Below are positions 1 to 8,701 of a DNA stretch of 49,127 bases, one piece after another (within the stretch, counting starts at the first letter, position 1; each line of letters begins with the position of its first letter). The notes under the pieces are model-generated. The model was not told the DNA's origin and made no database searches. It worked only from the letters and a program-made list of their open reading frames with translations. Source of the DNA: Candidatus Hermodarchaeota archaeon (lineage in GTDB: Archaea > Asgardarchaeota > Lokiarchaeia > Sigyniarchaeales > SOKP01); contig JBHLLG010000019.1 of NCBI GenBank assembly GCA_048885925.1, forward strand, positions 1 to 49,127, written 5' to 3'. The position numbers and the translations under genes are program-made.

Positions 1-216
1 GATGAACCTAATCCTATACCGATGGGTGATAAAGCACAAACCACAAGAATGATTTGTAGGAGATATAGTAATGATACGTGCAATAATTTAAAAAGGAGCC
101 GTGAGATCGGTTATAATGCTTTAATCAAAGAGATAAAAGATAAAGTTGCTAATGGATGGAGAACTTGGCAAGTCGTCAGTGATGAGATGGTGTTTACAAC
201 TGCTATTAAAAAGTGA
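1..216 (+). CDS. 3' end of a gene truncated by the window edge; product not recognised
   Basis: Frame 1 is open from base 1 (DEPNPIPMGDKAQ...VFTTAIKK) to TGA at 214-216 and converges on the Lrp gene. The ATG at 22 is probably internal. Confidence 0.6.
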   Translation, partial: DEPNPIPMGDKAQTTRMICRRYSNDTCNNLKRSREIGYNALIKEIKDKVANGWRTWQVVSDEMVFTTAIKK

Positions 217-260
217 TTAAGAAATTCTATTTTAAGTTTGTATAAAATTCGTAAGAAAAA

Positions 261-728
261 TTATAATATTCGCCCTTCACGCCCTTCAGAAACCTTAATA
301 GGACGAAGAACAACGCATACTCTCTCCACACTTTTTACGTCTGCACGTGCACGAAATGATTCTATTAAAGCATCTAATTCAACAATTTCTGGAACATTTA
401 CTTTTACTAATACTCCACATTCCCCCGCAAGAAAATAAACTTCCTCACATTGTGGAAGAATTTGAGCCTCCCTTAACAATTCTTTTGTTTCAGCTTGTGT
501 TTTTGGTATTAATGTAAGGAATGCAATTATACATCTTTCGTCTTCACGACATACTTTTATAGTAAATTTCTCAATTACTCCTTCTTCTTGAAGTCTAATA
601 ACTCTTTTTCTTACAGTAGATTCAGATAGCTGTACCTTAGGATCTGCCCCTATTTCATGATATGGCCTTCTAGAATCTTCAAGAAGCATTTCAAGGATCC
701 TTTTATCCTTATCATCAAGATTTTTCAT
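261..728 (-). CDS. Lrp/AsnC family transcriptional regulator
   Basis: LDDKDKRILEMLLEDSRRPY...LSESTVRKRVIRLQEEGVI helix-turn-helix, followed by a RAM-type C-terminal domain. Last gene on the hdr-met strand. Confidence 0.93.
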   Translation of the reverse strand: MKNLDDKDKRILEMLLEDSRRPYHEIGADPKVQLSESTVRKRVIRLQEEGVIEKFTIKVCREDERCIIAFLTLIPKTQAETKELLREAQILPQCEEVYFLAGECGVLVKVNVPEIVELDALIESFRARADVKSVERVCVVLRPIKVSEGREGRIL

Positions 729-800
729 GTTTCTTCCTTATTTTTATTTATTATTAAAAAAATATAAAATTTGATAAAAAAAATTTTAAATATCTATTAC

Positions 801-1754
801 TTATTTGACGTATTCTGGATAATCTCCTAAGAGGGGTGCGAATAACCGTTCATATTCAACCGCCATACAATGAATCCCAGCAGCCTTAGTGGTTTTCTTA
901 ATTTCATCGATAAATGGTTTGAAGTATTCAATATTGATTTTATCTATGGCCTCATACTTTGCTGACTTATTTCCTTTAGTATCTTTCTCTGCTTTCTTTA
1001 GTGATTTGAGAAGATCCTTCGGAACACTCACGCCGGGAATAAAATTATCGAAATACCAAGCTATTCCGTGTGATTTAAGAGGAAAAATTCCCAACAGCAC
1101 AGGTACGTTGAATTGTTCCAAATCTTTTAGAAAATCTTTTGCTTGATCAATATCAAATGCAGTTTGTGTTTGGATAAAATCTACACCTAAATTCACCTTT
1201 CGACCAACTTTAAGGATCTCAGGTTCGCGCGGATCACTATTTGGATTAGCAACACAGCCAAAGTTCATCTCAATTTTACCACCTTCAAGTTCATTACCTT
1301 CATAATCGGTCCCCTCATCAATCATCATTGAAAGCATTTCAGCAAATTGAGTACTGTCAATATCATATACTGGACGACCTTTTTTATGATCTCCTAAAGC
1401 AGTATGGTCTCCTGTGAGTGTTAGGATATTTTTTAACCCAAGAACAGCACCTGCAATTACATCTCCAAAAAGGGCAACACGGTTTCTATCTCTAACAGTT
1501 ACTTGCCATACAGCTTCAATATTTGCTTTTTCTTGAACCAAATAGCTTGGAACCATTGAAGACATGTATGCATCGCCTTGCGGACCATCTGTCACGTTAG
1601 CAGCTACTATTCTGCCTGTCTTTTTCATTTCTTTAGCAGAATGGATAATTTCATCGAGATTTAAGATTTTTTTTGGTTCTAGTTCTCCAGTAAAAACAAA
1701 ATGGCCTGCTTCTATTGCTTTACATAAATTACTATATGCTGGTCTTTTTGCCAT
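801..1754 (-). CDS. metF: Methylenetetrahydrofolate reductase, FAD subunit
   Basis: FVFTGELEP, NVTDGP, RDRNRVAL, LTLTGDH and GVDFIQTQ motifs of the MetF TIM barrel. Abuts metV with a GGAGGAG Shine-Dalgarno (SD) motif. Confidence 0.93.
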   Translation of the reverse strand: MAKRPAYSNLCKAIEAGHFVFTGELEPKKILNLDEIIHSAKEMKKTGRIVAANVTDGPQGDAYMSSMVPSYLVQEKANIEAVWQVTVRDRNRVALFGDVIAGAVLGLKNILTLTGDHTALGDHKKGRPVYDIDSTQFAEMLSMMIDEGTDYEGNELEGGKIEMNFGCVANPNSDPREPEILKVGRKVNLGVDFIQTQTAFDIDQAKDFLKDLEQFNVPVLLGIFPLKSHGIAWYFDNFIPGVSVPKDLLKSLKKAEKDTKGNKSAKYEAIDKINIEYFKPFIDEIKKTTKAAGIHCMAVEYERLFAPLLGDYPEYVK

Positions 1755-2450
1755 TTATTTTTTCTCCTCCTTTTTTTCTTCAATATTCGTATAATCTTTA
1801 TAAATTTTGTTATACCCAGGGCTTGTAGAGGTCCTATAGTCTCTAGGGCCCCGATATTTCATGAAGAGATCGAGTCTATCAAATTCTTTTAGTCTTTGCC
1901 AGATACGAACCCATGCGCAAGGAATCGTATATCCACCGACTTCACACATTCCTTCAACCATTCCTCCACAAGGTCCATTACTTAGATGCTTAGCACATCC
2001 TGCACGTGGACATACTCCACCTGTTTCACCGATTATACAATCTCCACAAGTTTCGCATAATTCGATATAATTATTTTGGCTATTGTCTTGAGCTCCACCG
2101 AACATGCTATTTTGAGAAGGGTAAGTTAAAATTTTCGGGAGAACTCTATTCATCATTACAACACCGAGTCCACATGCGAGAGTAACAATTGCATCAAAAT
2201 CTTCTTCATAAGGACGGCATGTTGTTGCGGCAATTCTGTCATCACATTGTCTAAGAACAGTTATTGCTTTCCACTTAAGCTCTTTTCCCTCCGTACGGGC
2301 TTTTAGTTCTAAAAGCTGTCCAAGTACTTTTGCTTCATTAAGCGATCGAGGTGGTTGGCAACATCCATCACAACCAGTTATTAAGATTTTATTGTATGGC
2401 TTTATAAGTTCATATATTTCACTTATGTCCTTTTGTTGTGTAATTATCAT
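1755..2450 (-). CDS. metV: MetV, Zn/Fe-S small subunit of MTHFR (MTHFR C-terminal domain family)
   Basis: MIITQQK start, GCDGC, RQCD, ACGLGV, CETCGDC...GGVCP...CAKHLSNGPCGG...C...CAW Cys pattern. Directly upstream of metF. Confidence 0.9.
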   Translation of the reverse strand: MIITQQKDISEIYELIKPYNKILITGCDGCCQPPRSLNEAKVLGQLLELKARTEGKELKWKAITVLRQCDDRIAATTCRPYEEDFDAIVTLACGLGVVMMNRVLPKILTYPSQNSMFGGAQDNSQNNYIELCETCGDCIIGETGGVCPRAGCAKHLSNGPCGGMVEGMCEVGGYTIPCAWVRIWQRLKEFDRLDLFMKYRGPRDYRTSTSPGYNKIYKDYTNIEEKKEEKK

Positions 2451-2543
2451 ATTATTATACTCCTTTTTTCACATTTTTTTTGGTTATTACTTTTAATTTT
2501 CATTTTCTATTAGTTTTATTAGTGTTTAAAAAATTCACACATC

Positions 2544-3428
2544 TTAAATTGTTAATTTTTCAATTAACTTATTCGGTTTCACACTTCTGTTCGTTAGGCT
2601 GAGATCTTGTAGATCAACTCCTAAAGCAACTGCCATAATTTCAGCTAAGTATAAAACAGGTATATCAAGTTCCTTTCCAGTCTTTCGAGCAATAAGTTTT
2701 TCCTTTCTATCATATTGAGTTGTACAAGCTGGACAAACAGCGATTAAAGCGTCTACTTCTTCTTCAAGTTCACATAATTCTGTCATCTTATCTTCAACTA
2801 ATTTTTCTCCTATTTCTTCTTGTAATCGCGCACAAAAACCACAGCATTCTAATTTATTAGCAAACTCAATCGTCTTAGCACCAAGTGCTTGAAGAATTAA
2901 ATCTATTTTTTCTGGTTTCTCAGGGTGGTCAAATCGCATAATTTTACTAGGTCTTACAAGATGACAACCATAATGAACAGCGAGAGTCAAATCATCCAGG
3001 GGTTTTACAGTTAAACTTTTAATTTTTTCTAACCACTCTGGTTGACTAAATAATTCTACAAAATGATAAACTTTAGTCTTTCCTGTATAATGGTAATTAA
3101 TTTTTTTTAGTATTTTATCAATTTTCTCTAAGTATTTATCGTCTTCTTCTAATAACACACTCACAGTTTTTAATGTTTCATAGCAACCTGAACATACGGT
3201 GAGAATATCTAAGCCCATTTTCTCGGCTATTGCTAAGTTTCTTGCGCCTAAAGTAATCCATGTGTCTATATTTAGTGATTGTAAAGATACTGGTTCAGGA
3301 CAACAGCTTACACCTTCCATTTCTTTCAATTTTACATCCAATATACTTGCTACATCTCTAAATGCTTTCTCCAAATGAGGCATCTTTAAAGGTATTGTAC
3401 ATCCTAAATATAATGCGAGTTCCTTCAT
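2544..3428 (-). CDS. hdrB: Heterodisulfide reductase subunit B (two CCG domains)
   Basis: YLGC...SCCP...CSGCY and HYGCH...ECCG...CPAC motifs. ATGA overlap with hdrC. Confidence 0.95.
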   Translation of the reverse strand: MKELALYLGCTIPLKMPHLEKAFRDVASILDVKLKEMEGVSCCPEPVSLQSLNIDTWITLGARNLAIAEKMGLDILTVCSGCYETLKTVSVLLEEDDKYLEKIDKILKKINYHYTGKTKVYHFVELFSQPEWLEKIKSLTVKPLDDLTLAVHYGCHLVRPSKIMRFDHPEKPEKIDLILQALGAKTIEFANKLECCGFCARLQEEIGEKLVEDKMTELCELEEEVDALIAVCPACTTQYDRKEKLIARKTGKELDIPVLYLAEIMAVALGVDLQDLSLTNRSVKPNKLIEKLTI

Positions 3429-3958
3429 TTCTCATCCTCCTTTTTTTTTGCGAGATCTCCTAATCCCGTTTCTTCTATTATTAGTCTAATTTCATCTAGA
3501 TTGGGGGGTATAAGTTGGGGTAGTCCCATCCTATTCCTTCTCCTATCAATATTATCCTTTAGTCCACCTGTATATGGTACTACAAACCCGTTATCATATA
3601 ATGTTACAACAGTTCCAGAATATTCTTTTGGGATTCTCCCCTCCTTAACACACATATTTCTAAGAAGAGCAAGAATGAAAGAATAATCCACATTCTTAGG
3701 ACATCTTTCGGTACATCTATGACATAAAGAACATGTCCAAATTGCCTGACTTGAAAGTACTTCATCCTTTAAACCTAAAAGGCAAGATGCAACAACTCTA
3801 TGTGGTTGCATGTCAACGTATTCCGTTACAGTACAGCCAGAACTGCATACTCCACATTGAATGCAATTTAGAAGTGATTTAGCCCCTACCTTTTTACTAA
3901 TTTCATAACGAAAATTATGATCTAAATCTTTTGCTTGTTTTTTTATCATTTCTACCAT
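3425..3958 (-). CDS. hdrC: Heterodisulfide reductase subunit C (2x[4Fe-4S])
   Basis: CIQCGVCSSGC and IWTCSLCHRCTERCP; lies between hdrA and hdrB. Confidence 0.95.
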   Translation of the reverse strand: MVEMIKKQAKDLDHNFRYEISKKVGAKSLLNCIQCGVCSSGCTVTEYVDMQPHRVVASCLLGLKDEVLSSQAIWTCSLCHRCTERCPKNVDYSFILALLRNMCVKEGRIPKEYSGTVVTLYDNGFVVPYTGGLKDNIDRRRNRMGLPQLIPPNLDEIRLIIEETGLGDLAKKKEDEK

Positions 3959-3960
3959 TT

Positions 3961-6900
3961 TTATGCACCCTCCTTAGCTTTTTCTTTTTTTTCAATTTTA
4001 TCACCTGCCTTTGGAAGCGGTCCTAACTCTTTAATTTGATTAACAAATTCAGTTACCACTTGGGAAAATCGTTTTCCTTCTGATGCACTGACCCATTCGA
4101 GACGATATCTATCAGAATTGATTCCAACACTTTCAAGTATGTCTTTAAGCTCATTATAGCGTTGCAACATGTCGTAATTGCCTTCCAGATAATGACAATC
4201 ACCGATATGACAGCCTCCAACAAAAACTCCATCAGCTCCCTCTAAAAACGCTTGTAAAATAAAGCTTTTTGGTATTCTACCAGTACACATAACTCTTATT
4301 GGTCGAATGTTGGTTGGATACTGAAAACGACTTACGCCACAAGTATCCGCACCCGCATAACTACACCAATTACATAAGAAGGCAACAATCCTAGGCCTTT
4401 CATCTACATATTCACCTTTAACAGCTTCACGGATCATCGGATAAATTTGATGATCTGCAAAATGACTCATTATTATCGCTCCTGCTGGACACGCAGCTGA
4501 ACAATCTCCACAACCTTTACATAAGAGTGGATTAGACTCTGATACCAAGATATCATTATCAAAATTAACTCCTATTGCTCCAAAGTTACATACTTCTTCA
4601 CACTTTTGACAGGCAATGCATAAAGCAGGATCTACAACTGAAACTAGGGGTTCATTCTCAACTTCGCCAGATATTAAGGGAATTAATGCATGAGCTGCCG
4701 CACCACGACCTTGGGAGATCGAATCTGCTATTCCTTTAGGACCATGACAGGTGCCTGCTAAGAATATACCCTCTGTTGCAAAGTCTACAGGTCTTAACTT
4801 AACATGAGCTTCTAGAAAATAGCCTTTTTGATCTCGGGCACATTTGATCATTTCTCCTAATTTTTGTGTATCATGAGGTACTAAAGGTGTTGATAAAACC
4901 ACTTTATCAGCTGTAATTGTAAGGTCAGTTTGAGTTAAGATATCTTTAACATTTACATTTAATTTCTTATTTTTTATCTCAACAGTAGGATATTCATTAA
5001 ATCGAATGTAATTTACATTCTCACGTGCTTTCCAATAATAAAGTTCCTCATCAGTGCCTACTCGGATATCTCTATATAAGACATAAATAGTAGAGTTTGG
5101 ATATGTTTCTCTTACATATAAAGCATGTCTAATTGATTCTGAACAACAAATTAGTGAACAATATGTAACCCCATTTCCATCTTCTGGTTGTCTAGATCCC
5201 ACGCAATGGATAAAAACAAGAGTTTCCCCATCCTTCAATTCATTATTTCTTAATTTTTCAGATAATTCGAGCTGGGTCATTACATTTTCATTTTCACCGT
5301 AATGATACCATCCTTTTGGTTTATACTCATAAGCTCCAGTAGCAGTTACAATTGTACCAACATTTAGACTATGATCCTTCCCTTCAGTGTTATCTTTGAC
5401 TTTTACTTTAAAATCCCCAATTGAGCCTTTTACATCAATAACTTCGGAATTAAGATAAACGATAATATTTTTCTGTTTATTAAACTTTTTTAGTATTGCA
5501 TTTAAGAACTCTTTTGAATCAATTCTATCGAAATTTATTTTATAAATTAAGTTTAATTGACCTCCCAATTTATCCTCTTTTTCAATTAAATGTACTTTAA
5601 ACCCTTTGTTAGCGATTTCTAAAGCAGCACTCATTCCGGTTATTCCGCCCCCAATTACTAGAGCTTCAGGAACAACATTACCTTTGATTTTTAACTCTGT
5701 TTTTTGTGCTGCTACACGAGCGACGCCCATCCTAATGAGATCCTTTGCTTTATCGGTTGCTTTAGGTTTATCATTCATATGCACCCATGAATCTAATTCT
5801 CTGATACTTACAAAATTGAATAAATATTCATTTAGACCTGCTTCTCTAATGGTTTTTTGGAATAATGGTTCGTGAGTTCTTGGAGTGCATGCTGCAACTA
5901 CAACTCTATTTAACCTTAATTCTTCAATTTTTTCTTTAATAGTATCTTGAGTTAATTGTGAGCAGCTATACTTATTTTCCATAGCATACACTACATTTGG
6001 AAGTGTTTTTGCATAATCAACTAACGTTGGAACATCCATATATCCAGCAATATTAATACCACATCGGCAAATGAAGACACCAATTCGAGGTTTGTCCTTT
6101 GGATTCACTGGTTTAAGAGGAGGCAGCTCAACTTTAGTTTCTTCACCACTTAATGGAACAGCATGAGAAGCTGCTAAGGCTGCTGCTCCGCCTGCTTTTG
6201 CTACTGAATTTGCGATATCATCTGGAGATTGACATGAACCAGTTACATAAATTCCATCTCTAGTAGAACGTAGATCTTCTGTGGAGTTACTGGTTTTGAA
6301 AAAGCCTAATTCATTTTGTTCAATACCTAAAATCTTTGCTAATTGCTCAGCATCTTTTCGTGGGGTAACTGCATTTGCAAGAACAACTAAGTCAAACTCA
6401 CTAATTTCGACCTCACCAGTATCAAGATTAGCATGTTTAACATAAAGATTATGATTTTCTGGATTTTCTCGAACATCTCCGGGAATTCCCCTATAATAAA
6501 CAAGACCATATTCATTTTTCGCCCTTTCAATAAATTCCTCTTGATTTTTTCCTATAACTCGAGTATCGTTAAAAAAGATTGTTACATTCGTATCAGGAGC
6601 ATGCTCTCTTGTAACTACTCCTTCTTTAGTTTGATACATACAACAAAATTTAGAGCAATAAGAACATAAATCAATGTTTCTCGATCCGACACAACTGATA
6701 AAACCTATATTGTGTGCATGTTTGTTATCTGAGGGACGTAATAATTCACCTTCCGTAGGACCTGAAGCGCTCAATAATCGTTCATATTGCATAGCAGTAA
6801 TTACATTTGGGTATTCCCCATAATGATAACGATCAAGAACGCTTGGATTAAGTTGATCATATCCAGTAGCACATATAATAGAAGCAACATTATATTCAGC

Positions 6901-7446
6901 AATCTCATCTTTCAAATCCCAATTAATAGCTCCTGCTTCACATTCTTTTTCACAGATTTTACAAGCATTTTTTGTTAGAAATAAGCATTTTTCTGCATCA
7001 ATAACAGCTTTCCTTGGCACTGCTTGTGGAAATGGAATGTAAATCGCTGTGCGGTTACCCATGCCTTCCTCAAATTCTGAAGGAATTTTCTTCATAGGAC
7101 ATTTTTCCATACATAGTCCACAACCAGTACAAACATCCCAATCTACATATTTAGATTTCTTAAGGACTTTTACCTTAAAATTTCCTACTTCACCAGAAAC
7201 TTCTTGTATTTCAGAATATGCTAGCAGTTCTACATTAGGATGTCTTGATACTTCTACCATTTTCGGTGCAAGAATACATATACTGCAATCTAAAGTGGGA
7301 AAAGTTTTATCTAATTGCGCCATTCGGCCACCCACTGAAGGTTTTTTTTCAACAAGTATTACCTTATATCCTTGTTCTCCCAATGTTAAGGCTGCTTCAA
7401 TTCCAGAAATTCCGCCACCAATTACCATAATATTACTATTTGGCAT
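3961..7446 (-). CDS. hdrA: Large HdrA with two FAD modules, fused to a C-terminal MvhD [2Fe-2S] domain
   Basis: GGGISG and GGGITG Rossmann motifs, DKTFPTLDCSIC, two CVGSR...YCS..CC motifs, ferredoxin motifs, and C-terminal FLCNWCSYAGAD...VMCTGR...GGCHIGDCHY...WVSASEG of MvhD. Confidence 0.95.
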   Translation of the reverse strand: MPNSNIMVIGGGISGIEAALTLGEQGYKVILVEKKPSVGGRMAQLDKTFPTLDCSICILAPKMVEVSRHPNVELLAYSEIQEVSGEVGNFKVKVLKKSKYVDWDVCTGCGLCMEKCPMKKIPSEFEEGMGNRTAIYIPFPQAVPRKAVIDAEKCLFLTKNACKICEKECEAGAINWDLKDEIAEYNVASIICATGYDQLNPSVLDRYHYGEYPNVITAMQYERLLSASGPTEGELLRPSDNKHAHNIGFISCVGSRNIDLCSYCSKFCCMYQTKEGVVTREHAPDTNVTIFFNDTRVIGKNQEEFIERAKNEYGLVYYRGIPGDVRENPENHNLYVKHANLDTGEVEISEFDLVVLANAVTPRKDAEQLAKILGIEQNELGFFKTSNSTEDLRSTRDGIYVTGSCQSPDDIANSVAKAGGAAALAASHAVPLSGEETKVELPPLKPVNPKDKPRIGVFICRCGINIAGYMDVPTLVDYAKTLPNVVYAMENKYSCSQLTQDTIKEKIEELRLNRVVVAACTPRTHEPLFQKTIREAGLNEYLFNFVSIRELDSWVHMNDKPKATDKAKDLIRMGVARVAAQKTELKIKGNVVPEALVIGGGITGMSAALEIANKGFKVHLIEKEDKLGGQLNLIYKINFDRIDSKEFLNAILKKFNKQKNIIVYLNSEVIDVKGSIGDFKVKVKDNTEGKDHSLNVGTIVTATGAYEYKPKGWYHYGENENVMTQLELSEKLRNNELKDGETLVFIHCVGSRQPEDGNGVTYCSLICCSESIRHALYVRETYPNSTIYVLYRDIRVGTDEELYYWKARENVNYIRFNEYPTVEIKNKKLNVNVKDILTQTDLTITADKVVLSTPLVPHDTQKLGEMIKCARDQKGYFLEAHVKLRPVDFATEGIFLAGTCHGPKGIADSISQGRGAAAHALIPLISGEVENEPLVSVVDPALCIACQKCEEVCNFGAIGVNFDNDILVSESNPLLCKGCGDCSAACPAGAIIMSHFADHQIYPMIREAVKGEYVDERPRIVAFLCNWCSYAGADTCGVSRFQYPTNIRPIRVMCTGRIPKSFILQAFLEGADGVFVGGCHIGDCHYLEGNYDMLQRYNELKDILESVGINSDRYRLEWVSASEGKRFSQVVTEFVNQIKELGPLPKAGDKIEKKEKAKEGA

Positions 7447-7567
7447 AAGTTTTCCTTTTCTTTCAACTTTTCTTTATTATTTTATTATAGATTTTAACAT
7501 GTTATTGAAATATTTAATTAAATTTGAAAATTGTTTTTAATTCCAATAAGATAGAATTTTATAATGA

Positions 7568-7612
7568 TTATATTTGACAAAATCATTTATAAGTGTTTTT
7601 ATATTTGACTAA
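7568..7612. repeat. Direct repeat TTATATTTGAC(A/T)AA x2 with 31-bp period upstream of hdrA; candidate regulator boxes
   Basis: Copies start at 7568 and 7599 in the divergent hdrA/GTPase intergenic region. Confidence 0.4.
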
Positions 7613-7928
7613 TTTAGACAGAACAAATGGGATTTTTATCAGAAAAAGTTACTAAATAAACAATTTTTTTGAATAATTATTGATTTTGATAATTTTCTTT
7701 TCGACTAATTAATTCCAAAATCATTCTTATTTTTACTTAAATACATACGTTTATGTCATAAAAATTTTATAAAGAAATTGAAGAATTCACTAACGAGCTT
7801 TAAATTCACCAAATTTTTATTATTCCATGTTTTCTTTAGTCTCAGACAAAAACTTGAAATGAAAAATAAGATTTTAATATTTAAACTACGAATTAACTAT
7901 TAAAAATATTAAAAAGGTAATAATTAAA

Positions 7929-7964
7929 TATATTATCCAAGTATATTATCCTTTTAAATATATA
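7929..7964 (+). promoter_or_regulatory. Tandem TATATTATCC repeat followed by a TATA-like box (TTTAAATATATA) upstream of the GTPase gene
   Basis: Repeat copies at 7929-7938 and 7942-7951. TTTAAATA at 7953-7960 lies about 30 nt before the candidate ATT start at 7991. Confidence 0.4.
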
Positions 7965-7990
7965 AATAAAAAAGTAAAATTAAAGTTACA

Positions 7991-8701
7991 ATTGCATCAA
8001 TAAATTTTGGTGAAGCGACAATAAAAATACTGGTGTCTGGCCCGTTACAGTGTGGAAAATCAAGTTATATCAGAGCCTTAGATCCGAATGCATTAAACGT
8101 AGAAGCAAAAGGGAAAGATGAGAAATATTATACAGTAGCAATGGACCTTGGAAATGTAAGGTTAAATGGTTTTGATTGTTATTTATTTGGTACTCCAGGT
8201 TTATTACGCTTTTCAGTAATGAGAAATATTTGTACAAGTGGATCAGATGGTATAATTTTTATGTTTGATGCGGCTGCTCCAGAAAAAGATGATAGTGCTA
8301 TTGTAATATTAAATTCTATTAGAAAATTATTACCTTCAAATATCCCGATAGTATTTTTAGCAAATAAGCAAGATATTGAAGGTGCTCGCCCCCCAGAGGT
8401 AATTCGTTCTCAAAATTATTTACCTGAAGGAAGTAAAATCTTTCCAACGAGTACAATATCCGGTCTGAATATTACTGAATCTATTACTTATTTGGTTAAT
8501 CATATTTTTGAAGAATATTCCTCATTGCTTCAAACTCTTAAAGTTTATGAGAATGATATTAAAGGATTAGGATATGAATTAAACAAGGATGTCGATGAAA
8601 TGCGTAGTTTTTTAAATAATCTTGAAATAAAAAGATTTATTGAAATAGACAGAGTTAAAAAGACTTATAAGGTAAGATCTGGATTGAAGTATTTAGTTTA
8701 A
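7991..8701 (+). CDS. MglA-like (COG2229-type) small GTPase with C-terminal winged-helix-like domain; start probably upstream of the ORF-track GTG at 8033
   Basis: G1 GPLQCGKSS, TVAMDLG, G3 LFGTPGLLRF, G4 NKQD, G5 TST. The in-frame upstream codons IASINFGEATIKILV supply the beta-1 strand; the previous in-frame stop is at 7967. Confidence 0.85.
   Translation: MASINFGEATIKILVSGPLQCGKSSYIRALDPNALNVEAKGKDEKYYTVAMDLGNVRLNGFDCYLFGTPGLLRFSVMRNICTSGSDGIIFMFDAAAPEKDDSAIVILNSIRKLLPSNIPIVFLANKQDIEGARPPEVIRSQNYLPEGSKIFPTSTISGLNITESITYLVNHIFEEYSSLLQTLKVYENDIKGLGYELNKDVDEMRSFLNNLEIKRFIEIDRVKKTYKVRSGLKYLV

Noticed and set aside
3961-7446. Selenocysteine recoding in HdrA/MvhD (Lokiarchaeia are known to have Sec-containing versions)
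   Set aside because: The ORF is uninterrupted, with Cys codons in the motifs and no in-frame TGA; I saw no convincing SECIS. This is a Cys-type copy.
7495-7504. Perfect palindrome TAACATGTTA upstream of hdrA
   Set aside because: Only 10 bp, seen once, in very AT-rich DNA; not distinguishable from chance.
238-7540. Plus-strand ORFs antisense to the lrp/met/hdr genes (e.g. 889-1146, 5606-5875, 7049-7540)
   Set aside because: Shadow ORFs of well-supported genes, with Ser/Ile/Phe/Pro-rich antisense composition and no motifs. The same applies to the other short antisense ORFs in the track (e.g. 24883-25311, 36085-36309).
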